In this document: positions 26,953 to 39,298 of the stretch, one piece after another
Layout: every line of letters begins with the position of its first letter
Position numbering within the stretch: position 1 is the first letter of the stretch
NCBI GenBank assembly: GCA_964016885.1
Contig: OZ024742.1
Location: forward strand, 245,086,001 to 245,150,000
Length of the DNA stretch: 64,000 nt
Source: Eledone cirrhosa
Taxonomy: Eukaryota
Reading direction: 5' to 3'
Made by a program: the position numbers and the translations under genes
Notes under the pieces: model-generated
Told to the model about the DNA's origin: nothing
The model's input: the letters and a program-made list of their open reading frames with translations, nothing else
Databases searched by the model: none

Positions 26953-27512
26953 TGGAAGGTAAGAGGCTGAATTAAGTGCAAGAATTGCAGGAGCTGGTGC
27001 AGTCATCAGAAGAAGGGAAGTGGGTGTAAAAGCTAGACTTGCTATCTTCAATTCGGTTTTCGTGCTAGCCCTTACCTATGGTCATGAATCTGGGGTAATG
27101 ACCAAAAGAATATGATCATGAATACAAGCAGCCAAAATGGGATTCCTCCGAAGGGTCTTTGGAGTAATGTTACTCGATAAAGTGCGTAACTTGGAGATGA
27201 GAGAGTCACTCCAGGAAGAGCCGCTACTTCTCTGGATTGACAGATCACAGCTCTTATACTATGGCCATGTGGTTAGAATGTCTCAAGAAAGAATCGCTAG
27301 ACATATTTTACAGGCCAAACCAACCTGCAAGAGACCCAGAGGTAGACCTTGAGCAAGAAGATTTGATAACATCCATGAGCTCGGCTGGTCTCACTTCGGG
27401 ACCCAGCTGGATCAGTTGGAAACAATTGCTTCTGACAGGACCCACTGGAAGGAGTGTTTGAGGACTCTTCCCCCATGACCTTCTCAGGAATATGTGGGTG
27501 AAGAAGAAGAAG
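26953..27512 (+). mobile_element. RTE-type LINE 3' fragment (second family), (AAG)n tail
   Basis: ORF 27137-27352 MGFLRRVFGVMLLDKVRN...YGHVVRM...KRPRGRP. Confidence 0.85.
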
Positions 27513-27572
27513 ACATATATAGTTATATACATTCATCGCACATATGCATATAGTTCTGTACATTCATCATTC

Positions 27573-27608
<36 letters not shown>

Positions 27609-27609
27609 T

Positions 27610-28490
27610 TACATTGACATCCTGGAAACTGTTCAGAGACATGCAACGAAGCGAATACCTTCCATCAGGCATCTACCATACTCTGAGTGCCTTGATTCTC
27701 TGGGCATAGATACATTGAAGCTCCAATGTCTGGCAACTGACTTGGTAAAACCCACAAGATTATTAACCATCTTGCCAATAACAACCCTGAGTATCTTTTT
27801 GACTTCCATGTGTCTAACATACGTGGGCATGCCTACAAAGTCAGAAAACAGCACAGCTCCCATGACTTTCAAAACATTTTTTCAAGCTCAGAGATGCTAA
27901 AGCATGGAACAAACTCCCTGCATCAGTTGTTAGCTGCTGAGACACTGCATCCTTTAATACCTCCATCATTCATCATCATCATTTCATTTTACGTCCACTT
28001 TTCCCTGCTTGCAAGGGTGGGACGGGAACTGATTCTGGCTTGATTTCTACAGCTGGATGCCCTTCCTAACACCAACCTCATTTACAGTGAGTGCTGGGTG
28101 CTTTTTTGCCGTGGCACCTCCACGACCACTTTGCAGTGGAATGATAGGGACTGGGGGTCTCATCTCATTTCTACAGCTGAGTAAACTGGAGCAATGTGAA
28201 ATAAAGTGCCTTGCTCAAGGAAACAACACATCACCCGGTCTGAGAATTGAACTCACAACCTTTCGATTGCAAGGCCAATGCTCTAACCACTAAGCTTCCT
28301 GAAATTCGCCAAGACTACACCTGATATACCCCCTCCATACACACACACACATGTATATCATACACTGTCCACTTTCCTGACATTTGTACATTATTCTATG
28401 TACTATACATGCACCTTTGATGAGTTGTAGTGCACCTGAGCACTGTACACAATAATTTCATTATTATTATTGTCATTATTATTATTATAT
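27610..28490 (+). mobile_element. CR1-clade LINE 3' end, interrupted by a SINE at about 27966-28293; (ATT)n tail
   Basis: LETVQRHATKRIP...RGHAYKVRK; the junction cctccat|gcttcc is contiguous in the 33688 copy. Confidence 0.8.
27966..28293 (-). mobile_element. Composite SINE copy 2
   Basis: Near-identical to 13738-14066. Confidence 0.85.
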
Positions 28491-28605
28491 ACATTCATCA
28501 GACATATATACATATAGAGATATTTACATTCATCACACTTATATACATATATACATTCATCACACACACACACACATATATATATATATAAAGATATATA
28601 CATTC

Positions 28606-28936
28606 ATCATTTCATCATCATTTCATTTTATGTCCGCTTTTTCCCTGCTTGCAAGGGTGGGACGGGAACTGATTTTGGCTTGATTTCTACAGCTGGATGC
28701 CCTTCATTTACAGTGTGTGCTGGGTGCTTTTTTGCCGTGGCACCTCCACAACCACTTTGTAGTGGAATGATATGGACCCCAGTCCCAATCATCTCATTTC
28801 TACAGCTGAATAAACTGGAGCAATGTGAAATAAAGTGTCTTTCTCAAGGAAACAACACATCACCCGGTCTGAGAATTGAACTCACAACCTTTTGATTGCA
28901 AGGCCAATGCTCTAACCAGTAAGCCATGTGCCTCCA
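28606..28936 (-). mobile_element. Composite SINE copy 3
   Basis: Near-identical to 13738-14066 with a small deletion. Confidence 0.85.
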
Positions 28937-29755
28937 TGCATTCATCACATATATATATAGAGAGATATATACATACATTCATCACACACATATACATATG
29001 TCTGTGTCACACCATACAACATAAGGAATAACTAAGTTATAAGATATGACTAAGTATGTTTTACTATCAACTTATTGTTCTATAAAATCTGTCCATATAT
29101 TCAAAATATTGGTAAATCAATGCAATACCAGTAGTATAAATATATTAACAGCTACACACACACTCACATATATGTAGTTACACCATGTGTTTTTCCATGT
29201 GGTTTTTGACATGGTGTGGTGTGTCAAACTTCTCTCCAGATACCTGCAAGTATATTACTCTGTATACTACTTTTTTGCTTCTATTTTTCTATTAGAATGC
29301 TAAAGACTATACCTCTGAGAAGTTTTCTGAGTCTGCTGTGGTTTAATTATTATCAATAGTTTGTGAACGATAACCGTTCACATAGATCAATTTTAAATCA
29401 CAGTTTACAGTTAACAAAATGGCACCATAAGGTCACTTTTGATTCCATTTTGAATACATGTTCTTCTCTGTATTTAGTATATGTACAATATACTGTGTCA
29501 TCTCTGGATAAATGGTTCTTTCTCTCTCTCTCTCTTTATATATATATATCTTGTACTTCTGACTTATATATATATACACACTGTAAATGTGTTAGTGTTA
29601 GGAAGAGCATCATCATCATCACCACCGTTTTACGCCCATTCTTCCACGCTAGCATGGGTTAGATGGGTTGATTTTGGCTTGATTTCTACAGCTGGATGCC
29701 CTTCCTAACATCGACCTCATTTACAGTGAGTACTGGGTGCTTTTTTACCGTGGCG

Positions 29756-32700
29756 CCTACACGACCACTCTACAGTATGGACTGGGTTCTTTTTTGTCAT
29801 AACACCTCCACGACCACTCTACAGTATGGACTGGGTTCTTTTTTGTCATAACACCTCCACGACCACTCTACAGTATGGACTAGGTTCTTTTTTGTCATAA
29901 CACCTCCACGACCACTCTACAGTATGGACTGGGTACTTTTTTGTCATAACACCTCCACGACCACTCTACAGTATGGACTGGGTACTTTTTTGTCATAACA
30001 CCTCCACGACCACTCTACAGTATGGACTGGGTACTTTTTTGTCATAACACCTCCACGACCACTTTACAGTATGGACTGGGTACTTTTTTGTCATAACACC
30101 TCCACGACCACTCTACAGTATGGACTGGGTACTTTTTTGTCATAACACCTCCACGACCACTCTACAGTATGGACTGGGTACTTTTTTGTCATAACACCTC
30201 CACGACCACTTTACAGTATGGACTGGGTACTTTTTTGTCATAACACCTCCACGACCACTCTACAGTATGGACTGGGTACTTTTTTGTCATAACACCTCCA
30301 CGACCACTCTACAGTATGGACTGGGTACTTTTTTGTCATAACACCTCCACGACCACTCTACAGTATGGACTGGGTACTTTTTTGTCATAACACCTCCACG
30401 ACCACTCTACAGTGTGGACTGGGTACTTTTTTGTCATAACACCTCCACGACCACTCTACAGTGTGGACTGGGTACTTTTTTGTCATAACACCTCCACGAC
30501 CACTCTACAGTATGGACTGGGTACTTTTTTGTCATAACACCTCCACGACCACTCTACAGTGTGGACTGGGTACTTTTTTGTCATAACACCTCCACGACCA
30601 CTCTACAGTGTAGACTGGGTTCTTTTTTGTCATAACACCTCCACGACCACTCTACAGTGTAGACTGGGTTCTTTTTTGTCATAACACCTCCACGACCACT
30701 CTACAGTGTAGACTGGGTACTTTTTTGTCATAACACCTCCACGACCACTCTACAGTGTGGACTGGGTACTTTTTTGTCGTAACACCTCCACGACTACTCT
30801 ACAGTATGGACTGGGTACTTTTTTGTCATAACACCTCCACGACCACTCTACAGTGTGGACTGGGTACTTTTTTGTCGTAACACCTCCACGACTACTCTAC
30901 AGTATGGACTGGGTACTTTTTTGTCATAACACCTCCACGACCACTCTACAGTGTGGACTGGGTACTTTTTTGTCGTAACACCTCCACGACTACTCTACAG
31001 TATGGACTGGGTACTTTTTTGTCATAACACCTCCACGACCACTCTACAGTGTGGACTGGGTACTTTTTTGTCATAACACCTCCACGACCACTCTACAGTA
31101 TGGACTGGGTACTTTTTTGTCATAACACCTCCACGACCACTCTACAGTGTGGACTGGGTACTTTTTTGTCATAACACCTCCACGACCACTCTACAGTGTA
31201 GACTGGGTTCTTTTTTGTCATAACACCTCCACGACCACTCTACAGTGTAGACTGGGTTCTTTTTTGTCATAACACCTCCACGACCACTCTACAGTGTAGA
31301 CTGGGTTCTTTTTTGTCATAACACCTCCACGACCACTCTACAGTGTGGACTGGGTACTTTTTTGTCGTAACACCTCCACGACTACTCTACAGTATGGACT
31401 GGGTACTTTTTTGTCATAACACCTCCACGACCACTCTACAGTGTGGACTGGGTACTTTTTTGTCGTAACACCTCCACGACTACTCTACAGTATGGACTGG
31501 GTACTTTTTTGTCATAACACCTCCACGACCACTCTACAGTGTGGACTGGGTACTTTTTTGTCGTAACACCTCCACGACTACTCTACAGTATGGACTGGGT
31601 ACTTTTTTGTCATAACACCTCCACGACCACTCTACAGTATGGACTGGGTACTTTTTTGTCATAACACCTCCACGACCACTCTACAGTGTGGACTGGGTAC
31701 TTTTTTGTCATAACACCTCCACGACCACTCTACAGTGTAGACTGGGTTCTTTTTTGTCATAACACCTCCACGACCACTCTACAGTGTAGACTGGGTTCTT
31801 TTTTGTCATAACACCTCCACGACCACTCTACAGTGTGGACTGGGTACTTTTTTGTCGTAACACCTCCACGACTACTCTACAGTATGGACTGGGTACTTTT
31901 TTGTCATAACACCTCCACGACCACTCTACAGTGTGGACTGGGTACTTTTTTGTCGTAACACCTCCACGACTACTCTACAGTATGGACTGGGTACTTTTTT
32001 GTCATAACACCTCCACGACCACTTTACAGTATGGACTGGGTACTTTTTTGTCATAACACCTCCACGACCACTCTACAGTGTGGACTGGGTACTTTTTTGT
32101 CCTAACACCTCCACGACCACTCTACAGTATGGACTGGGTACTTTTTTGTCCTAACACCTCCACGACCACTCTACAGTGTGGACTGGGTACTTTTTTGTCA
32201 TAACACCTCCACGACCACTCTACAGTATGGACTGGGTACTTTTTTGTCATAACACCTCCACGACCACTCTACAGTATGGACTGGGTACTTTTTTGTCCTA
32301 ACACCTCCACGACCACTCTACAGTGTGGACTGGGTACTTTTTTGTCCTAACACCTCCACGACCACTCTACAGTATGGACTGGGTACTTTTTTGTCCTAAC
32401 ACCTCCACGACCACTCTACAGTGTGGACTGGGTACTTTTTTGTCATAACACCTCCACGACCACTCTACAGTATGGACTGGGTACTTTTTTGTCATAACAC
32501 CTCCACGACCACTCTACAGTATGGACTGGGTACTTTTTTGTCCTAACACCTCCACGACCACTCTACAGTGTGGACTGGGTACTTTTTTGTCCTAACACCT
32601 CCACGACCACTCTACAGTATGGACTGGGTACTTTTTTGTCCTAACACCTCCACGACCACTCTACAGTGTGGACTGGGTACTTTTTTGTCATAACACCTCC

Positions 32701-33257
32701 ACGACCACTCTACAGTATGGACTGGGTACTTTTTTGTCATAACACCTCCACGACCACTCTACAGTATGGACTGGGTACTTTTTTGTCCTAACACCTCCAC
32801 GACCACTCTACAGTATGGACTGGGTACTTTTTTGTCATAACACCTCCACGACCACTCTACAGTATGGACTGGGTACTTTTTTGTCCTAACACCTCCACGA
32901 CCACTCTACAGTATGGACTGGGTACTTTTTTGTCCTAACACCTCCACGACCACTCTACAGTATGGACTGGGTACTTTTTTGTCCTAACACCTCCACGACC
33001 ACTCTACAGTATGGACTGGGTACTTTTTTGTCCTAACACCTCCACGACCACTCTACAGTATGGACTGGGTACTTTTTTGTCCTAACACCTCCACGACCAC
33101 TCTACAGTATGGACTGGGTACTTTTTTGTCCTAACACCTCCACGACCACTCTACAGTGTGGACTGGGTACTTTTTTGTCCTAACACCTCCACGACCACTC
33201 TACAGTATGGACTGGGTACTTTTTTGTCATAACACCTCCACGACCACTTTACAGTAT
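29756..33257. repeat. 49-bp minisatellite, ~71 units (acctccacgaccactctacagtatggactgggtacttttttgtcataac)
   Basis: Period 49 (for example 30001 to 30050); grows out of an RTE-related element beginning at about 29608. Confidence 0.97.
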
Positions 33258-33687
33258 CTAACTGTAAAAACCCTGGTCAAATTTACGGTCCCGCCAGAGC
33301 AAGGTACGGCATGGCCAATCCTGGTCAGACTTATTGTCTCGCAAGGACGACCTATCTGACTCATGCAAGCATGGACAAATGGACATTATGATGATGATGA
33401 CCCACGCACACACACATACATACACGTATACACACACATACAGTGCACACACACATATATATATGCATGTATACACACAGGCACACATACACATATGTAT
33501 GCACACACACACACACACACACATACACACTTGTATATATGTACACACACATATATATATATATATGTGCACACACACACTACCTAAATAGTTTATAAGT
33601 TGTGTTGTAATTAATGAAAAAGATACTCTGGGTATGATATAAATATGAGTGGATAGTTTATATCTATGATGAATGTATATATATAAA

Positions 33688-34042
33688 ATTGTTAACCATG
33701 TTGCCAACAACAACCCTGAGTACCTTTTTGATTTCCATGTGTCTAACACACGTGGACATGCCCACAAAGTAAGAAAACAGCACAGTTCCCATGACTTTCA
33801 GAAACATTTTTCACGCTCAGAGTTGCTGAAGCATGGAACAAACTACCTGCATCAGTTGTTAGCTGTCGAGACACTGCATCCTTTAAGACCTCCATGCTTC
33901 CCGAGATCCGCCAACACTACAGCTAACACATACACACATGTACTTCCCTGACATTTGTGTATTATTCTATGTACTATACATGCACCTTTGACGAGTTGTA
34001 GTGCACCTGAGCACTTTACACAATAATTTCATTATTATTATT
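33688..34042 (+). mobile_element. CR1-clade LINE 3' end with (ATT)n tail
   Basis: NTRGHAHKVRKQ...; terminal gttgtagtgcacctgagcact..acacaataatttcattattatt shared with 28420-28490 and, reversed, with 42015-42065. Confidence 0.8.
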
Positions 34043-34097
34043 TTATATATATATATGTGATGAATGTATATATCTCTATATGTATATATGTGTGATG

Positions 34098-34139
<42 letters not shown>

Positions 34140-34182
34140 CCTCTTTCAGTCTCTCTCTCTCTCTCTATCTCTCTCTTTCAAT

Positions 34183-34240
<58 letters not shown>

Positions 34241-34534
34241 TATATATATATATGGTTATATATGTGAGGAATATATACAACTCTATTTACATTATTCATA
34301 TAAAGACCTGTTGTTAAGCTCTGACTTTGTGTAGGATTCTATAGTGATGATTTCTACGATTCATGCAAGACAACACTTCAGTTAATCTCAGTAATTGACT
34401 GTTATTGACTTAAACTGGAAGGCTTAAACTCAGAACATGTGTATATATATATATATATATATATGGACCTGTAATTCCTGATGGAATCTTAGGAGTGCCA
34501 TAGTGTGATATACAGTATGTCTTAGGCGTTTTAA

Positions 34535-34745
34535 CCCTTTAGCATTTATATTACTCTATATTTACTATTGTATTTTCATGGTAAAGGCTTTACCTCACAT
34601 AGATATCTCACATAACATCAAATCTATGAGATTTTGATATTATTCATTTTGAGAACAATACCTTAATATCAGTATAAGTGGCCGGTTTGAAAAGAAAAAG
34701 GTACAAGAATTCTGGCCGGATATGGCTGGTTTAAATACTAAAGGA
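34535..34745 (+). mobile_element. TTAA MITE copy upstream of the first coding exon
   Basis: TTAA-CCCTTTAGC...CTAAAGGA-TTAA; body shared with the other copies. Confidence 0.88.
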
Positions 34746-35376
34746 TTAAACTTCTCCAGGTCTAAACACAGCAGATTTCTTCCAGAAAAGAAGGAAGAGA
34801 GGGGGGGGGGGGGGCGATCAATCCTGGTACAGAACTGACCCTTTTTTTATTGACCTTGAAAGGTTAAGTTAACATTGGCAGGTTTTGAACTTTGAACTTG
34901 GAGTGCAGAGAGCTGGAATGAATACTACAAAGCATTCTATCTGAACTTCTAACGGCTCTGCCAATTTGCTCAGAACAGTAAGCACAGCTAAATTAATACA
35001 ACATACCACAAAGAATTTTGTCCTATCTATGATTTTATAATGACAGGAAATATTATGATTTAACATAAAGTTTTTACATTTTAGATGTAATTTTATTTTT
35101 AAAATAATTATTTTAGTTATTATGAGAATCCTCTAGATTTTTGTTTTTAATGTTGTTGTAATGCTCGAGTTCAGATCAATGATCAAAGACTTTCAAGTTA
35201 TACATCCAGACCTACATTATACCCAAAATACTAGTCTCCTTCTTTTTTTATGATGATAAGATGTAATTTAAGGGAGATTTGCTATTATTTCTAGCAGGTT
35301 CAACCTGCCTTTTGGCTCTTTAATATCTGTATCAATATTTCTAGTTTCTTTCTTTCTTTTTTTTTTTTAGTGTGTA

Positions 35377-35396
35377 ATGCCTTCAAAGTGATGTGA
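35377..35396 (+). promoter_or_regulatory. Two chained uORFs: M-P-S-K-stop (35377-35391) and start-stop ATG-TGA (35391-35396), overlapping the main ATG
   Basis: Sequence ATG CCT TCA AAG TGATGTGATG GAT. Each TGA shares its A with the next ATG. Confidence 0.65.
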
Positions 35397-36157
35397 TGGA
35401 TGGAGGAGAATCAGTGGTGGAAGCTGGTGGGATCCTTAACTCGGAGCAGCTCTTGTCTCAAACTGAATGTTCTTCATCACATGGTGAGAAAGATACTCTT
35501 TTAGAAAGTAAAGATTCCCTGGAAAATAACCAAATTATTGACAGTAATGTGACAAAAGACAGTCAGTCTGGTAATGAAGGACAGCTAGGGGAAATTTCTC
35601 AAGTTCAAGCTGTGACAGTTTCTTTACCATCTTCAACAGAATCTTGTCAGAATCAAGTGGACACACAACTAGAACAGCAACTAACACAACAACAAATAGA
35701 CAAAGAACACCAACAGCAATTATCTTCAGCACCATCACCTTATCAACAGCAGCTAGATGAGCATCAATATGAAAACAACACTCAAGAAGAACCCCAATCT
35801 CACCACCAGCCCCAACCATACCATTCAAATGATGACCCATATGATTTTAATAATGAAGACTTTAATAATGCTTCTGTCTTGAAATTCTGTCCAAGATTTA
35901 TTGGAGGGATTCAACAGAGCTCAAGAATTGCAAAAACTTCAGACAATGCTAGCTCAGCAGAATTTTGCACAGAAAAGCCTGTGTTTGTACAGCCAGGTTA
36001 TGACTACCATAACATTAAAATGTATGATGTATCAAATGCAGCCACTCTTTCTAAATTGGATTCTGGGAGTAATGAAAGTGATCAGCATCAAAACTGTACT
36101 GTTAATGGTATTTTGCAACAAGATACACCAGCAGTAACTCCTGGAGATAATAATCAG
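35396..36157 (+). CDS. First coding exon of a large, probably nuclear, low-complexity protein (254 aa: MDGGESVVEAGG...GDNNQ). The exon itself starts at 35371.
   Basis: Long polypyrimidine tract plus AG at 35369-35370. In-frame TAA at 35375 lies upstream of the ATG at 35396 (G at -3 and +4). The frame is open, non-repetitive and Q/S/E-rich, and ends at donor CAG|GTAAGA (36157/36158), phase 0. Confidence 0.85.
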
Positions 36158-36181
36158 GTAAGAATTGCAATTCTTCTTTAA

Positions 36182-36402
36182 ACCTTTAGCATTTAAACTG
36201 GCCGTACTCGGCCAGAATTCTCTCACCTCTTTCTTTTCAAACCAGCTGTAACCGGCTGCTCATACTGATGTTAAGGTATTGTTCTCAAAATAAATAATAT
36301 CAAAATCTCATAGATTCAATATTATGTGAGATAATTATGAGAGATAAAGCCTTTATTATGAAAATACAATAGTATATATAGAGTAATGTGAATACTAAAG
36401 AG
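36182..36402 (-). mobile_element. TTAA MITE copy starting 24 nt into the intron after the exon donor
   Basis: TTAA at 36178-36181 and 36403-36406; reverse orientation. Confidence 0.88.
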
Positions 36403-36449
36403 TTAAAAGCATGTTATGTTGATGTCATAGTGAAACAAATGTCAATTAA

Positions 36450-36673
36450 CCCTTTAGCATTTACATTACTCTATATATACTATTGTATTTTCATATAATA
36501 ATATTTTCACGGTAAGGGCTTTATCTCACATAATATTGAATCTATGACATTTTGATATTACTTATTTTGAGAACAATACCTTAACGTAAGTATGAGCAGC
36601 CAGTTACAGCTGGTTTAAATAGAAAGAGGTGAGAGAATTCTGGCCAAATACAGCCAGTTTAAAGGCTAAAGGG
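36450..36673 (+). mobile_element. TTAA MITE copy, inverted relative to the 36182 copy
   Basis: TTAA 36446-36449, CCCTTTAGC...GCTAAAGGG. Confidence 0.88.
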
Positions 36674-36753
36674 TAAAAGTAAAATCACTGCCAGAAACAT
36701 CATGTATACGTAGCCAATCTCTTGGACTTTTACGAAGTGCTGAAGGGATAAAG

Positions 36754-36944
36754 TTAATATAAAGGGTGATGTGCTCATGTGTGAAGATGCTATAAAATAA
36801 CTTATGAAATAGAGTAAATACACTTAAAGCGAAAAAAGAAGTTTCCATCAACTAGCAATTTTTTCTGTTTTTAAGGCTCTTCACCCTATTTCATAAGTTA
36901 TTTTATAGCATCTCCATGCACGAGCACACCACCCTTTATATTAA
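36754..36944. repeat. Palindromic MITE-like element (~60-bp inverted arms); half-copy at about 920-992
   Basis: ttaatataaagggtg.tgtgctc...gatgctataaaataacttatgaaatag is inverted at 36883-36944. Confidence 0.8.
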
Positions 36945-37415
36945 AATATGTTTTGTGATTATTTCAAAATTTGAATTCCACTTTTGAGATAAATACTACT
37001 CAAAATTTTGAACATTTAGAATCTTAGAGGTTTACATTAGTGTTTTCAATGTAGAGATAATTTGACCTTATAAATTCCTCAAATAAAAATGTTGCCCTAT
37101 AACTTAGACTAATATTTTGTACAACGCATACAGATAAATGAAGTTGTACCAAAAGTGTAACATTTTACAATATGCAGTTTATTTGGTTATTGTTCGGAAG
37201 TCAAATTTTTTGGTTGATAAATTAAATACCAATAATATATTGGAATATATTCAGACTGGCATTTTGTTGCTAGTTAAAAGATGATTTATAAAATACAGTT
37301 AGTTTGTTCTGGTTCAATCAAACTTTCCCAGTAATCTAGAACCAGCTGCAGAAGATGTCATCTTTTGTTCAGATGATGTTCACCACATCACTTGCATTAT
37401 TTACTATCAATAAGG

Positions 37416-37630
37416 GGGCAGTGGATTGGCAATATCGGTAGAGTGTCAGACACCATGATTTTCAGCATAGTTATGGCCCTTTAAGTTCTGAGTTCAAATC
37501 CCACCAAGGTTTACTTTGCCTTTCATCCTTATGGGGTCGATAAAATAAAGCACCAGTAATGCACTGGGGTAATATATCCCGTCTAACCCTTGCTAGCGTG
37601 GGAGATAGACGTTAAATGATGATGATGATA
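37416..37630 (+). mobile_element. SINE family A copy ending in an RTE-type (GAT)n tail
   Basis: Family A head/core followed by ccgtctaacccttgctagcgtggga..gacgttaaatgatgatg. Confidence 0.8.
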
Positions 37631-38638
37631 TATCTGCGGAATTAATAATGGTTTTGAAATAACTAATTAACCCGCGTGTATTAAATATTTTACTCTTAAT
37701 TTGGCCAGAGATTTACATTCCCAAATGCCTTTTAAAGCGTAACTTTCCGTATTTATTACAGTTATGAGATGTGGTTTGTTATTTAGGTATTACTTTCTCT
37801 GTTTTTAGCCTAAGAAAATATCTATATGCGTGTGTAATTAATACACGCATACTTTTATTTTTTTAAAATTAATTGAGTTCTTAACACGCAGGTATGATAA
37901 TGTTTTTGAAAAAACTAATTAGTCCACGTGTATATTATTTTACTTTTCTCGTGACTCGTGGTTGTCTCCCTTTTCCGCTTCGTGACGCTATGAAACTTCC
38001 TCAGTCAAAAGACTACTGGAATTTCAAATTTGGCAGTCATTTGATGCGTGAAGGGACAACTTAGCGTACACGAAAATTAACTGCGGTAAGGAATTTTTTC
38101 TTATATCAAAGTTTATTGGGCTTCCACTGACGATTTATAAGTGCTCACCTAAATATATTCTTACATGAAAATATGTTAGGCTTCTACATAAAGTGGAAAC
38201 ATTCTCCCAACTTGTAGAAAACTTATAATGAAACAATTGTTTGGAAAGAGAGATATATTTTAACTTTAATTATGTCTCATATAAAATAATACAACTGGCT
38301 TTCCACAAAATACATATAGTTAGCACCCCAAACACTTAAATTAGGTTTATACTAACGTATAACCTAATGTTTGTGGAGTGAGATGGTTACCAGTCGGAGT
38401 TTAGCTTAAAGCTATCTCTGTTATTGTATTAATTATATATATATGTATATATGTTTATCTCGGGTTCAATCGAGAGTAACCACAGTAAGGTACTCAATAC
38501 ATAGCAGAGTAGGCATATCTAATATAGAAATGGGTTCTACAAGACTAGAACTGTTTCATTTGGAGGAAATCATCAGGGCTTTCCTGATGATTTCCTCCTA
38601 ATGAAATAGTTTTAGTCCTGTAGAAGCCATTTCTATAT

Positions 38639-38730
<92 letters not shown>

Positions 38731-39298
38731 ATATATATAATGCAGTAAAAAAAATAACTAAAGCATAATACAACTCTTCTGATACAAGCAGGTTACTTGA
38801 GTATTGTAAACACAATGTAAACATAATTCCAGTTGGGAAATTGTGCTTATATATAGACTAGGCATAAGTTTCTATTTTTGTTCTTTTAAAAAAGAAATTA
38901 TCACTTTTGAATTTAGTTTATAGTATTGAATGGTATCACATTTTATATCAAAGTAGTTTCTCTGTTGGTTCATTTGACTGTGTTTAGATATAAAATCATA
39001 ACAAAAGTGTACAACACAAACACTACTGTTTCTTTTATACTACACAGCAATTTTAAGAAGTTAAAAGCTTCTTTTAGTCTGTTAAGCTAACCAAAGAGAA
39101 ATATTTAATTGAGATAGTTAAACACTGCACTACTTATTTTCTGTGATCTTTTCTGGAAACCATATATAATTAATATAGTTAAAACTGTAAATGGTGTCAA
39201 TGGCACTTTCCTATTTCTTCCTTTCTATTAACTTTAACATATCTCATAGCTGCAATTCGATTTTACCTCATTAATGATCTTCATCCATTCTTTTCTAT

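Noticed and set aside
29756-33257. Regular array resembling a CRISPR
   Set aside because: Units are contiguous near-identical monomers with no unique spacers; there are no cas genes and the context is eukaryotic.
36158-36181. ORF track extension VRIAILL-stop and GTG start at 35393
   Set aside because: The extension is read-through past the splice donor into the intron; the eukaryotic start is more plausibly ATG 35396.
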